DNA from: a virus
Reading direction: 5' to 3' (one strand)
Virus record (IMG/VR): IMGVR_UViG_3300044644_001556
DNA: 64,000 bases
The translations under genes and the position numbers were made by a program. Below, one piece after another: positions 47,460 to 57,302 of this stretch. The notes under the pieces were generated by a model. The model worked only from the letters and a program-made list of their open reading frames with translations. It was not told the DNA's origin and did not search any database. The first letter of the stretch is position 1. Every line of letters begins with the position of its first letter.

Positions 47460-47705
47460 TTACTTAATTTTATTATCAATACCGAATCTTGGTTTATTTA
47501 ACCAAACCACTAGTCTATTCATCGTCGGTTCTAACCAATCCGATATAATAAATAATGCCGCTATTGTATTTAAAATCGGTATAAAACAAAATAACATAAG
47601 TAATATATCAGCTATTGATATATTAACTGGAGGATTTAATTGTTCCTTATATATCCACCAAAACCAGATAATAATTGATGTGATATAGATAATAAGTTCT
47701 ATCAT
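47460..47705 (-). CDS. small membrane protein
   Basis: Two hydrophobic segments. Confidence 0.6.
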   Translation of the reverse strand: MIELIIYITSIIIWFWWIYKEQLNPPVNISIADILLMLFCFIPILNTIAALFIISDWLEPTMNRLVVWLNKPRFGIDNKIK

Positions 47706-48097
47706 TATTTTACTCCAAAGTATTTTAATATTTTAGATTTAACTTCAGGTTGACTTACTAATTTACTACATTCTCGAATTATACTTTCGGCGAACCGCAC
47801 CATATGTTCTTCGGTATATAAATCTAACGGGACATCACTATATTGATAATCCGTGGTAAATGGATTTGGTAAATAATCTCGCATATTATACCTTATACTT
47901 CTTACTGGTACTACATAACACATTGAAGGCCAGGTTCTACCTTCATACCAATGACCAAATAACCCAATTTCATCTGTATTTTCTTGTTCCGTTGGTAAAC
48001 GCCAATCAGTCCATCCACCGCTCGTTAAAAAAGAACAATACAATACGGCATCATCATATGACATTTGCCTATCAGATCTATCTGCAAACTCTAACAT
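47705..48097 (-). CDS. DUF1566-like mini-domain fused to an FAE.II.EC-type domain
   Basis: Family motif, then RFAESIIREC as in 50969..51208. Confidence 0.72.
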   Translation of the reverse strand: MLEFADRSDRQMSYDDAVLYCSFLTSGGWTDWRLPTEQENTDEIGLFGHWYEGRTWPSMCYVVPVRSIRYNMRDYLPNPFTTDYQYSDVPLDLYTEEHMVRFAESIIRECSKLVSQPEVKSKILKYFGVK

Positions 48098-48320
48098 ATA
48101 TATCCCTCACTGGAATCACCTTCAATGCTATTCCAAAATAATCATCCTGATCCGCTCTTCCGAAATACCAACATCCAAAAAATACATTCGAAGTATACCA
48201 TTCATCGAGGCTCGGTAATCGCCAATCAGTATATCCGCCAAATCGACAAAATGTACAATATAATATAGCATCATCATACGTCATTAGATTTTCCGTCTCA
48301 GGCGCAATCTCTATCGTCAT
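48078..48320 (-). CDS. DUF1566-like mini-protein
   Basis: Family motif. Confidence 0.78.
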   Translation of the reverse strand: MTIEIAPETENLMTYDDAILYCTFCRFGGYTDWRLPSLDEWYTSNVFFGCWYFGRADQDDYFGIALKVIPVRDIYVRVCR

Positions 48321-48508
48321 AATAAATTAACGGTACTCATTGGAATTTTATCTTTAACTCGTAAGCAATATTTGCAAGTAACTTCAACCCAGTCACTTAC
48401 CTTTACAATATTAAATGATGAATCTTCGTTACCGCATGCAGTGTATTGCTGACGTTTTTTATCTTCATTCCAAAAAAATGAAGCTTTGTGAATATTTCGT
48501 GGTTTCAT
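48317..48508 (-). CDS. small putative zinc-binding protein
   Basis: H...CG...VTCKYC. Confidence 0.55.
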   Translation of the reverse strand: MKPRNIHKASFFWNEDKKRQQYTACGNEDSSFNIVKVSDWVEVTCKYCLRVKDKIPMSTVNLL

Positions 48509-48577
48509 ACAACTTTCCTTTTATAGTTAAGTTATTATCTATTACCAATATATTATACTATATATTATCTCATAAAT

Positions 48578-48823
48578 CTACACTTTATCTCTTACTGGTG
48601 TAACTGTTAAATTCGACGTAAATTCCATATCGTGATCATCTTGCCCCCATCCTAAACTACCGATTAATCTAGCCTCTGGGATAGTCGGCATCCTCCAATC
48701 TCGATGTCCATTATAATCTAAAAATCGGCAATATAATATTGCTTCGTCATATGACATTGATTTAGAAACAGGCCCTACCTCAAATAAGTCAGGCTCTACA
48801 TTATTATTGTAAATTCTAATCAT
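48578..48823 (-). CDS. DUF1566-like mini-protein
   Basis: Family motif. Confidence 0.78.
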   Translation of the reverse strand: MIRIYNNNVEPDLFEVGPVSKSMSYDEAILYCRFLDYNGHRDWRMPTIPEARLIGSLGWGQDDHDMEFTSNLTVTPVRDKV

Positions 48824-49134
48824 ATCCTTTTATTAAATAAAACATCAATAAACACATTAATTAAATATTTAATATCTCGTTTAAATGAGATTATAGATTC
48901 AATCCAATTCTTTGTTACTCGACACGGACAAACTTGATACTCACCTATACTATGATATCGCTCAATATCAGTATACCAAACCATAATCCGATATTGAACC
49001 CAATCGTTTGTAAATTCACTTATTGTAGGTAATCGCCAATCCGTATGACCATCTTGTTCTAGAAACTGGCAATATATCTTAGCTTCATCGAAAGTCATCT
49101 TATGCTTAGTTATCTGACCCCATTGCAATCTCAT
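48820..49134 (-). CDS. DUF1566-like mini-protein with C-terminal extension
   Basis: Family motif. Confidence 0.75.
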   Translation of the reverse strand: MRLQWGQITKHKMTFDEAKIYCQFLEQDGHTDWRLPTISEFTNDWVQYRIMVWYTDIERYHSIGEYQVCPCRVTKNWIESIISFKRDIKYLINVFIDVLFNKRI

Positions 49135-49352
49135 ATTTTATCTCTCACTGGTGAAGCAAGCATCGTCGGATGTTTACCATTAATCGAGTGCACTCTATTT
49201 AAATACCAGCCAGATAATGATTTAATATTATGATATTCAGCTTCTGTTGGTAAACGCCAATCAGTATAACCTCTAAATCGACAAAATGTACAATATAATA
49301 ACGCTTCGTCATATGTCATTAACCCACTAGATTTAGGAGCGAATTCTAACAT
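49131..49352 (-). CDS. DUF1566-like mini-protein
   Basis: Family motif; start revised. Confidence 0.78.
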   Translation of the reverse strand: MLEFAPKSSGLMTYDEALLYCTFCRFRGYTDWRLPTEAEYHNIKSLSGWYLNRVHSINGKHPTMLASPVRDKI

Positions 49353-49573
49353 ATATCTCTCACTGGTATTACCGTTTGTAGATATAAATGTTTTGGTGCT
49401 CCATACCATTTATTTTCATACCAACAGCCCGCATTGATACCATGGGTTTGCCAAAATTCATCCCAGGTCGGCATCCTCCAATCCGTATAACCATTATGCG
49501 TGCAGAATTGACAATACAATATTGCTTCCGCGTATGTCATCTGACCGTTCGATTCGGGAGCTGATTCTATCAT
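49346..49573 (-). CDS. DUF1566-like mini-protein
   Basis: Family motif; start revised to MIESAP. Confidence 0.78.
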   Translation of the reverse strand: MIESAPESNGQMTYAEAILYCQFCTHNGYTDWRMPTWDEFWQTHGINAGCWYENKWYGAPKHLYLQTVIPVRDIC

Positions 49574-49735
49574 ATTAATAACACCAGCGCATATAACAAA
49601 ATAATAATGATACCATATACAATGCGGTATCATATAATGTCATATTATATTTGTCATTCAAATATATTAAACCAGGAACTATTATTATTGTTCCTATAAT
49701 CCGCATAATCGTATTACCGATATTAGATTCGACTA

Positions 49736-50068
49736 TCACTTTACAGTCCAATCGATTTCGAAAACATGGAAGTAATGTGTATTATCATAAGAATGATACT
49801 CGTCGAATTTATACCCATTCTTCTTTAATTCTTTTTTAAATTGTTTAGCAGTCGATTTAACTATCACGTCACTATCAAATACCTCTACGTGATTTTCTGT
49901 CGCCCAATCAAGTTCTGGACTACAGAATACTATCTTTCCATAACTAAACGGACACTGCATAATAAACTTATTAATCCTATCTACTAATTCATAATACTCA
50001 TTATCGTCTAATCGAAATTTAGGCAAATCGGGATTTAATATATGTCGCTGTACTAATGTTATTTCCAT
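49736..50068 (-). CDS. hypothetical protein
   Basis: GGAG SD, promoter upstream. Confidence 0.65.
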   Translation of the reverse strand: MEITLVQRHILNPDLPKFRLDDNEYYELVDRINKFIMQCPFSYGKIVFCSPELDWATENHVEVFDSDVIVKSTAKQFKKELKKNGYKFDEYHSYDNTHYFHVFEIDWTVK

Positions 50069-50123
50069 TATATCTACTCCAATAAAATTATTCTATGCTA
50101 ATATTATAATACAAACATACAAC

Positions 50124-50339
50124 TTAATCAACTATTATATCTCTTACTGGTATTATAGGATATCTAAATTCGCGGGATGATGGGTCATTTAAATGCCATC
50201 CGATGCTATCGCAATATATTCGCCATTCTTCTTTAGTAGGCATCCGCCAATCCTTATAACCAGCATGATTGCAAAATGCACAATATAATAATGCATCTTC
50301 GTATAATAAATGGTTTGATTTCGGTGCTATTTCTATCAT
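50124..50339 (-). CDS. DUF1566-like mini-protein
   Basis: Family motif. Confidence 0.78.
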   Translation of the reverse strand: MIEIAPKSNHLLYEDALLYCAFCNHAGYKDWRMPTKEEWRIYCDSIGWHLNDPSSREFRYPIIPVRDIIVD

Positions 50340-50542
50340 ATATCTCTTACCGGTACAATTAAATGATTTCCTTCAGCATATAACCGATTAATATACCAGC
50401 CGACAACATCATCATTTATAAACCAATCCGCGACAGTCGGCATCCGCCAGTCAATATGCCCATTATAAGTACAGAAGTGACAATATAATATCGCTTCATT
50501 ATATGTCATTAAACCGTTAGATTTAGGCGCTAATTCTATCAT
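50336..50542 (-). CDS. DUF1566-like mini-protein
   Basis: Family motif; start revised. Confidence 0.78.
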   Translation of the reverse strand: MIELAPKSNGLMTYNEAILYCHFCTYNGHIDWRMPTVADWFINDDVVGWYINRLYAEGNHLIVPVRDI

Positions 50543-50751
50543 ATATCTCTCACTGGTATTACCATCCAAGCTGTTAGATTAAATGTTGGATCTCGATCTA
50601 AATACCATCCAACTAAACCTGGCGAATCTTTCCATTCTTTATATGTCGGTAAACGCCAATCTTGATGTCCATTATAGTCTAGAAATTGACAATATAATAC
50701 GGCTTCATCATATGATAAATTAATTCGCGATCCTGGGGCCTGCTCTATCAT
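50539..50751 (-). CDS. DUF1566-like mini-protein
   Basis: Family motif; start revised. Confidence 0.78.
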   Translation of the reverse strand: MIEQAPGSRINLSYDEAVLYCQFLDYNGHQDWRLPTYKEWKDSPGLVGWYLDRDPTFNLTAWMVIPVRDI

Positions 50752-50963
50752 ATATCCCTCACCGGCGATACCCACCATAAGTAATCTTCAGCATTTACAC
50801 TCCATCTAGCAGACCGATCTATATACCAACAATTTAATGATTTATATTCAGCCCATGTCGGTAAACGCCAATCAGTATAGCCTTTATATGTACAGAATCG
50901 GCAATATAATATCGCTTCATCATAAGTCATCTTATTCTTAGATATAGGAGCGGTTTGTATCAT
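50748..50963 (-). CDS. DUF1566-like mini-protein
   Basis: Family motif. Confidence 0.78.
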   Translation of the reverse strand: MIQTAPISKNKMTYDEAILYCRFCTYKGYTDWRLPTWAEYKSLNCWYIDRSARWSVNAEDYLWWVSPVRDI

Positions 50964-50968
50964 AATGC

Positions 50969-51208
50969 TTATTCTATTCCAAAATGCGTTTTTATCCTTT
51001 TAATACATTCTGATACTACGTAACCTTGATGCTCTAATTTAGATACTGAATTACATTGAGCTATACACTCGTTAATAATTAACTCAGCAAACTTTTGATC
51101 GTAATCTCTTTCCCATTGATATTGCCAATCTTCATCCGTATAATCAGCTCTTTCACTGGCATATATAGAAGCTGGATCTTCATACTGCTTAAGTTTAATA
51201 TAATTCAT
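50969..51208 (-). CDS. small protein, FAELII.EC family
   Basis: KFAELIINEC...IK.HFGIE. Confidence 0.65.
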   Translation of the reverse strand: MNYIKLKQYEDPASIYASERADYTDEDWQYQWERDYDQKFAELIINECIAQCNSVSKLEHQGYVVSECIKRIKTHFGIE

Positions 51209-51210
51209 AA

Positions 51211-51483
51211 TTATACACCTAATAATTCACGTTCTTCTGGTGTTAATCTTGCTATAAGCTCTTCTCGTTTTTGTTGTTTAATGCTAGGATCATATTCATC
51301 GAATGATTCGTAAATAGTCCATGATTTTGAAACTATAACACTATCTACCCTACGGTAACCTTTTTGTTTATCTGCGCATTTCACCGCATCTACATGGTTT
51401 GAAAAATATGCAACATGGTTAGAGTTATATCCATCTGTTTCTGTTACCTCGTATGCTGCAAAATCAACTTGATGTTTCTTCAT
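51211..51483 (-). CDS. hypothetical protein
   Basis: C-terminal LTPEERELLG. Confidence 0.65.
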   Translation of the reverse strand: MKKHQVDFAAYEVTETDGYNSNHVAYFSNHVDAVKCADKQKGYRRVDSVIVSKSWTIYESFDEYDPSIKQQKREELIARLTPEERELLGV

Positions 51484-51504
51484 TATTTAAATCCAAAATA
51501 TTAT

Positions 51505-51768
51505 TTAATTATCGACAATATCGAATTTTTCTTGAATATTATCCATGATTCGTGTCAATGCATTATACGTCCATTCCTGTGCTAATTCACCGGCGGGGCT
51601 ATTACCGATAGGTATTGGATAAGTATCAATCTCTTCTAAACATGATTTAATAATCGAGATTGCGAAGTTTTGCATATAAAATGATTTATTTGTATCTAAG
51701 TATATGTCCATTAAATCTTCGTTAGGCATTCCACAAACATTTAATAACGCCCTGATTTTATCATTCAT
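51505..51768 (-). CDS. small protein, FAELII.EC family
   Basis: MNDKIR.L...NFAISIIKSC. Confidence 0.6.
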   Translation of the reverse strand: MNDKIRALLNVCGMPNEDLMDIYLDTNKSFYMQNFAISIIKSCLEEIDTYPIPIGNSPAGELAQEWTYNALTRIMDNIQEKFDIVDN

Positions 51769-51982
51769 CGTTTACTCCATTAGTCATAAAATATTTTATT
51801 ATCGATCGTGATATGCACATACACCCACAATACCGACTATGCATGCACTTACAAATGAACTAAATACTAGCCCAGGATAATGCAACTCGGTAAATATACC
51901 TACTAGATATACGAAAAATATAGTTATACATAAAAATCTTAATCTGATACTATTCATCATAAACCATCATTATAAAAGTAAT

Positions 51983-52011
51983 ATTATACTACTAATAAAC
52001 ATAATTGTCAA
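51983..52011 (-). promoter_or_regulatory. consensus sigma70 promoter
   Basis: TTGACA-17-TATAAT. Confidence 0.7.
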
Positions 52012-52298
52012 ACCACATCTCTTACTGCTCGAACAAAATAGCGGACACTCTTGGGAGTGGGATACTGAGTGCCTGACATACTCTGATATAATGCACCGTA
52101 ACCGCCATCGGTCTCAGTAGACGACCAGTAACCTAAACCAACTAAATCGTTTTCTAATTGATATATTTCTTTTAATTCATCTGTGGTTGGCAATCGCCAA
52201 TCATTCTTCCCATCTATGGCTAGAAATGAACAATATAGTTTAGCATCATCCCAATTAGCAATAATCTCTGTTTCTTTAGGTGCTATTTTAAAATTCAT
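52008..52298 (-). CDS. DUF1566 protein with VR-like C-terminus
   Basis: NWDDAK.YC...WRLPT..EL..IY...YWSSTE...FVRAVR. Confidence 0.82.
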   Translation of the reverse strand: MNFKIAPKETEIIANWDDAKLYCSFLAIDGKNDWRLPTTDELKEIYQLENDLVGLGYWSSTETDGGYGALYQSMSGTQYPTPKSVRYFVRAVRDVV

Positions 52299-52636
52299 GA
52301 TAAACTCCGAACTGCTCTAACATAGCTGCTAGAATCCTTACTATTGTAGCCTTGATTACCATGCAACATACCCTGCTTCCAAGCACCCCAACCATCGACC
52401 TCAACCGCGGACCAGTAATATGAATCAATGAAATCATGTTCCGAATTATAGATCTGGGTTAATTCTTCTAATGTAGGTAACCTCCAATCTCTATGACCAT
52501 CTATTTCTAGAAATGAACAATATAAATTAGCTTCGGTCCAGTCGGCTTTTATCTCGGTCGATTTAGGCGCTATATCTATAGTAATAACAAATACCAAGTT
52601 TGTACTCTGAAACTTTAATCTACCTATTTCTATCAT
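52295..52636 (-). CDS. DUF1566 protein with VR-like C-terminus
   Basis: YWS..E....AW.Q....G.Q....K....YVRAVR. Confidence 0.82.
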   Translation of the reverse strand: MIEIGRLKFQSTNLVFVITIDIAPKSTEIKADWTEANLYCSFLEIDGHRDWRLPTLEELTQIYNSEHDFIDSYYWSAVEVDGWGAWKQGMLHGNQGYNSKDSSSYVRAVRSLS

Positions 52637-52640
52637 TAGT

Positions 52641-52862
52641 TTACCGTACCGGTTTTGCGTATCTAATCGCTAAGTTTAAATCTGCGAACCTATTATCAAA
52701 ATACCATCCATTAGATAAACCATTCTTGTATAAATTATTAAGATATTCATCCCGGGTTGGTAAACGCCAATCACTATATCCATTATATCTACAAAATTGA
52801 CAATATAATACGGCTTCTTCATACGTCATTTCGTTTTCGGATCTTAGAGCTAATTCTATCAT
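52641..52862 (-). CDS. DUF1566-like mini-protein
   Basis: Family motif. Confidence 0.78.
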   Translation of the reverse strand: MIELALRSENEMTYEEAVLYCQFCRYNGYSDWRLPTRDEYLNNLYKNGLSNGWYFDNRFADLNLAIRYAKPVR

Positions 52863-53068
52863 ATATCTCTCACCGGAGTTACTAAGAATTTATCGATCGG
52901 TTTAAATTGATTCTTTTTAACATACCACCCGTGAGTCACATATGGATTACTATATTCTTCCTTAGTAGGCATACGCCAATCTCGATATCCATTATAATCT
53001 AAGAATGTGCAATATATTACAGCTTCCTCGTATGTTAGCATCGGAGATATTGGCGCAAATTCTATCAT
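52859..53068 (-). CDS. DUF1566-like mini-protein
   Basis: Family motif; start revised. Confidence 0.78.
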   Translation of the reverse strand: MIEFAPISPMLTYEEAVIYCTFLDYNGYRDWRMPTKEEYSNPYVTHGWYVKKNQFKPIDKFLVTPVRDI

Positions 53069-53319
53069 ACATCTCTCACTGGTATAACAAAATTTACATC
53101 CCTTACTGGTATAACGAAACATATCCCATCAAAATCATCACCTAAATACCAACTTGAGTAACCATCTAATGCAAAATAATACTCATCTGCATTCGGTAAC
53201 CGCCAATTACGATATCCATTATGCTGACAAAATGCACAATATAATAATGCATCACCATACGTCATTTCATTTTCAGATCTTGGAGCCGCCTCAATATTGA
53301 AATCAGCTAGCTCTATCAT
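53065..53319 (-). CDS. DUF1566-like mini-protein with duplicated ends
   Basis: MIELADFNIEAAP...VIPVRDVNFVIPVRDV. Confidence 0.78.
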   Translation of the reverse strand: MIELADFNIEAAPRSENEMTYGDALLYCAFCQHNGYRNWRLPNADEYYFALDGYSSWYLGDDFDGICFVIPVRDVNFVIPVRDV

Positions 53320-53534
53320 ACATCTCTCACTGGTCCAACCCACCATGTAAATAAAGTTCGATTTCGATCTGAATCGTACCGATTAATATACCACCCATGC
53401 ATACTATTAAGTAAATATTCTTTTTTTGTAGGCATACGCCAATCACTATATCCATTATATCTACAAAATGTACAATATAAAACGGCTTCTTCATATGCCA
53501 TTTCGTTTTTAGATATTGGGGCGAATTCTATCAT
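53316..53534 (-). CDS. DUF1566-like mini-protein
   Basis: Family motif; start revised. Confidence 0.78.
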   Translation of the reverse strand: MIEFAPISKNEMAYEEAVLYCTFCRYNGYSDWRMPTKKEYLLNSMHGWYINRYDSDRNRTLFTWWVGPVRDV

Positions 53535-53740
53535 ATATCTCTCACCGGAACCGCATACCATAACAACTGAGATGCACTTCCATTGTACCACGCATTTAAA
53601 CCAATATGCGAACCGTTAATATATTCAGCCCACGTAGGTAATCGCCAATTACTATACCCATCCCAGCCGCAAAATACACAATATAATATTGCGTCTTCAT
53701 ACGTCATTTCATTTTCGGATCTTGGGGCATACACTATCAT
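53531..53740 (-). CDS. DUF1566-like mini-protein
   Basis: Family motif. Confidence 0.78.
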   Translation of the reverse strand: MIVYAPRSENEMTYEDAILYCVFCGWDGYSNWRLPTWAEYINGSHIGLNAWYNGSASQLLWYAVPVRDI

Positions 53741-53994
53741 ATATCTCTCACCGGTATCAACCAGAATTTAAGAAAATTCGGATACTGATTCTTAACTCCC
53801 CATGATTCTAACGACCATATATTATCAATATAAATTTCATTATCTCCGTATACTATCGGACATACTTCTAAAAGTTCTTGATAATTAGGTAACCGCCAAC
53901 CAGTAACTCCGTCAATAACAATAAAATTAACAACCAAGGTCATATCATTGTTATTTAATTTCCGCCAATACTGATTATCGCTAATTTCTATCAT
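53737..53994 (-). CDS. divergent DUF1566-like mini-protein
   Basis: GWRLPN..EL...PVRDI. Confidence 0.7.
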   Translation of the reverse strand: MIEISDNQYWRKLNNNDMTLVVNFIVIDGVTGWRLPNYQELLEVCPIVYGDNEIYIDNIWSLESWGVKNQYPNFLKFWLIPVRDI

Positions 53995-54215
53995 ACGTTC
54001 CTTACTGCTGTCGCGTAATTTTTAACGCTCGATGGAACTTGCAATTCAGAACCATACCAACTCGATAATAACACATCTAAATTTTTATGCCATTCAGGTC
54101 GAGTTGGTAACCTCCAATCTTTATGCCCATTGCATTCTAGAAATTGGCAATATAATATCGCCTCACCATATGACATCTCATTATCCGATATCGGAGCAAA
54201 TTCTATATTCATCAT
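53991..54215 (-). CDS. DUF1566-like mini-protein
   Basis: Family motif. Confidence 0.78.
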   Translation of the reverse strand: MMNIEFAPISDNEMSYGEAILYCQFLECNGHKDWRLPTRPEWHKNLDVLLSSWYGSELQVPSSVKNYATAVRNV

Positions 54216-54218
54216 AAT

Positions 54219-54593
54219 TTATTTTACATACATTTTACGATTACCAATAGACGATACGAAATACTTAGCAAATGATTTCGATGACATATTAGCTTTAGCT
54301 CTCGATACCGAAACATCTAAATAAAAATACCCTTCGGTTTCATCCATAAAGTCTTTAAGATCGTAATCAAACTTCGACATAATAGCAGCCTTTGAAAATT
54401 CAATTCGAGCACCCTTTACATCCGCATATACAGGTTCGAACTTATCAATCTGCTGCTCTTCAATTACGTCTAATAACTCTTGCTTATATACAGCAACTTC
54501 CTTTTCTAATATCTTGATCTCTTCCATCAATAATGCCATCTTAGAAAATTTTGCTAACTGTTCTTCTGATAATAAATTTGTGATATTTGCCAT
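54219..54593 (-). CDS. hypothetical protein, paralog of 643..999
   Basis: Shared C-terminal motif; AAGGA SD. Confidence 0.7.
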   Translation of the reverse strand: MANITNLLSEEQLAKFSKMALLMEEIKILEKEVAVYKQELLDVIEEQQIDKFEPVYADVKGARIEFSKAAIMSKFDYDLKDFMDETEGYFYLDVSVSRAKANMSSKSFAKYFVSSIGNRKMYVK

Positions 54594-54638
54594 GATTGTT
54601 ATCCTTTATTTAAATTGGTTAATTAATACAACAAATAT

Positions 54639-54667
54639 ATTATATGATATTACTGCTATTAAGTCCA
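54639..54667 (-). promoter_or_regulatory. early promoter (TGGACT variant)
   Basis: TGGACT-17-TATAAT plus ATATTTGTTGTAT. Confidence 0.7.
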
Positions 54668-54689
54668 GCCATTTATCCGAGCATAAAAC

Positions 54690-54872
54690 CTATCTTTTAA
54701 ATCTTCTAAGCCATAATGTTAATGAACTACCACCGTCATATAATGCTACGAATATTAATGTTATTATAAACCAACAATACATTGGGGTAAATACTAACCA
54801 CCATGACCAATCTATTAATTCCAATACCTTTAATACGATAAAGATAATTTGTAATACTGAAAATATATCCAT
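54690..54872 (-). CDS. small membrane protein
   Basis: FIVLK...IDWSWWLVF.P pattern. Confidence 0.6.
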   Translation of the reverse strand: MDIFSVLQIIFIVLKVLELIDWSWWLVFTPMYCWFIITLIFVALYDGGSSLTLWLRRFKR

Positions 54873-54890
54873 TTACTATTCCCCAATTAG

Positions 54891-55091
54891 TTACTTACTA
54901 AATAATCTGATTCTAATCTGTTCGCACCCTACTGCAAAACATACCAATAGCAAAACCCCAATCATCCCGAGCCCCACCGCCGATAATATATCAGGATGAC
55001 TATAAAATAAGAATGCAATACCAATAGCGATAACTCCAAACACCATTATTGCAAACCACATACATATGAATTCAAATATTTTTACTAACAT
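54891..55091 (-). CDS. small membrane protein
   Basis: Two TM segments; GGGGAG SD before the revised start. Confidence 0.55.
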   Translation of the reverse strand: MLVKIFEFICMWFAIMVFGVIAIGIAFLFYSHPDILSAVGLGMIGVLLLVCFAVGCEQIRIRLFSK

Positions 55092-55225
55092 AACTCCCCT
55101 CTCCCCGATGATTAGAACATATCGATTGTTCTGATACCTCAGCTGCAACTTCAGCTAATATTAACATTATTAACCCACCTAATATCATCAATGATATCAT
55201 AAACGCTTTATCCATCCTATCCATT

Positions 55226-55528
55226 TTATAACTCTACTTCGTTCGGCAAAACTAATTCTAACTCACCAAAATTAGCAGTCGGATGTAAATCTACTTCATG
55301 AATATAACTTACATGTTCACTAATATCTCTAACCAACTCTACATACGTCTTGGATTGATAATTAGCTAAATTGAAGAACACGATAGTCTTATTACCGTCA
55401 TTATAAACCGATACTGGGAAATTAATATGAGCTGGATGAAACGTATTACGAAACTCATCTGCTACCTTACTTTTAATTGCACAATAAATGTCGCTAATCA
55501 ATCCGAAATTGTTTTCTAATCTGACCAT
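55226..55528 (-). CDS. hypothetical protein
   Basis: ORF with upstream promoter. Confidence 0.65.
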   Translation of the reverse strand: MVRLENNFGLISDIYCAIKSKVADEFRNTFHPAHINFPVSVYNDGNKTIVFFNLANYQSKTYVELVRDISEHVSYIHEVDLHPTANFGELELVLPNEVEL

Positions 55529-55571
55529 TTTATAACCCCTTATATAATTAGTTAATTAATACAACAAAGAT

Positions 55572-55600
55572 ATTATAATACAATCTGACCTTTAGATCCA
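55572..55600 (-). promoter_or_regulatory. early promoter (TGGATC variant)
   Basis: TGGATC-17-TATAAT plus leader. Confidence 0.65.
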
Positions 55601-55648
55601 GCCTTTTATTTTAATTAGCTGGATTTTAATTACATAGTTTTTAATCTA

Positions 55649-56767
55649 CTATTGTGTTCGAACCGCTCTAACATAAAATTTATATAATGTAGCTGACGTA
55701 TATGAACTCTGCTTTGATTTAAACCAACATTGTACCGATGCAGTTCCGTATTTACTTTTTACTTGTTCACCCCAGTAAATATCGTTATACTCATCCATCA
55801 ATTTATATTTAGAACTAGATTGAATAGTCGCTAAATTTTTAATCATCAATTCCATTTCGTCTTTAGTTGGTAACCGCCAATCATTATGACCACCATAAGT
55901 TAGATTATTACAATATTCATCTGCTTCTGGCCATGTTAATTGTTTTTGAGTCTCTATAGGACTCAATATCAAAGTCTTACCGTCAATCTCACCTACTACT
56001 AAACCACCACCTTGCTCTACCTTTTTTGTTGGTTTTAAATGTGGCTTATCTGTATACACCTTATTTAAAATAAGATCGATCTTTTTGATATATTTTGTTG
56101 AAGTAAAGAACCCTTGCGATTTTTCTCCATCATGAATAACGCCGGTTTGTTGTGGTTCACTTATATATGCATAACCTAATTGTCTTAATATAATATTAGT
56201 ATCAACGGTTTGGGTATCCTTAGTTACATTAACGACCTTTTGTGTCTCAGGATTAACTGCCTTCACCGGCTGTCTATTCGGATTTAATTTAGGTATGAAA
56301 TGTATTAAATGCCAAAATGAATCAAACGTATTAACCATCCCGAACGCGTTTTTCTCATTCATGATTTTATAACCAGCATCAACATCATATCCCAATTTCC
56401 GCAATTTAGTTTCATCGGCCCGCATATCATCCATCGTATACTTTGAGATATCTGATATAAATCGCTGACCCTGCCCGTTATATTTAATAACATGTATATA
56501 CGGCATACTAGCTCCGTATGTAAATGTTTTTGATAAATCTGAGGTTTCGTTTAATTTATACTGTTCCCAAAATGTTTTTAATGGGTAAAAATATATCCCA
56601 ATCGGCGTAGTCCATGAGCTTTTTGGATATACCCCAAGTTTGATAATAGGTGAAAAATGTATAAAAATATTTGGATCATCTTTATACTTCATTAATTGCT
56701 GTGCTGCAGATACCCGTAAGTTCTGTTCTGGATTTCGTCGAGCTTCGAATAACTCACTTAATTTCAT
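55649..56767 (-). CDS. MKLSELFE-tagged protein with C-terminal DUF1566 domain, late-promoter gene
   Basis: LTWPEA..YC..L.YGGHNDWRLPT..E...YW...YVRAVR; TATAAATA at 56795-56802. Confidence 0.78.
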   Translation of the reverse strand: MKLSELFEARRNPEQNLRVSAAQQLMKYKDDPNIFIHFSPIIKLGVYPKSSWTTPIGIYFYPLKTFWEQYKLNETSDLSKTFTYGASMPYIHVIKYNGQGQRFISDISKYTMDDMRADETKLRKLGYDVDAGYKIMNEKNAFGMVNTFDSFWHLIHFIPKLNPNRQPVKAVNPETQKVVNVTKDTQTVDTNIILRQLGYAYISEPQQTGVIHDGEKSQGFFTSTKYIKKIDLILNKVYTDKPHLKPTKKVEQGGGLVVGEIDGKTLILSPIETQKQLTWPEADEYCNNLTYGGHNDWRLPTKDEMELMIKNLATIQSSSKYKLMDEYNDIYWGEQVKSKYGTASVQCWFKSKQSSYTSATLYKFYVRAVRTQ

Positions 56768-56805
56768 AATATAAATACCGTAGAATAATCGTAATATTTA
56801 TAACC

Positions 56806-57039
56806 CTAAATATTGATCTTCGTATCCACTAATACATCTCTTACTGGTTGAATAGTCCATTTATCTAGGGGACGCCAACTTGTACTTTCATACCAACCAA
56901 ATATATTACCGCTCATACTATATTCTTCCGGTGTAGCCATACGCCAATCAGTATATCCATTATAATCACAAAATCGACAATATAATATCGCCTCACTATA
57001 TGTCATTTTTTTTTCTGATATTGGAGCTAATTCTATCAT
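56806..57039 (-). CDS. DUF1566-like mini-protein
   Basis: Family motif; start revised. Confidence 0.78.
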   Translation of the reverse strand: MIELAPISEKKMTYSEAILYCRFCDYNGYTDWRMATPEEYSMSGNIFGWYESTSWRPLDKWTIQPVRDVLVDTKINI

Positions 57040-57302
57040 ACATCCCTTACCGGACAAACCTTCCAGTTCGTATTATAATCAAACTTATCTATATGCCTAT
57101 TAACATACCATCCAGTAAGCCCCAGATTCGTACTATATTCATCCCGAGTAGGCATCCGCCAATCAGTATATCCATTATGCGTACAAAATCGACAATATAA
57201 TACTGCTTCTTCATATGGCATACCATTCACCGACTTTGGAGCTATTTCTATAATATATCCATCACTTGTGAAACCTTTCAGTGGTTGAGTAAATGTTATC
57301 AT
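57036..57302 (-). CDS. DUF1566-like mini-protein with N-terminal junction relic
   Basis: Family motif; start revised. Confidence 0.75.
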   Translation of the reverse strand: MITFTQPLKGFTSDGYIIEIAPKSVNGMPYEEAVLYCRFCTHNGYTDWRMPTRDEYSTNLGLTGWYVNRHIDKFDYNTNWKVCPVRDV

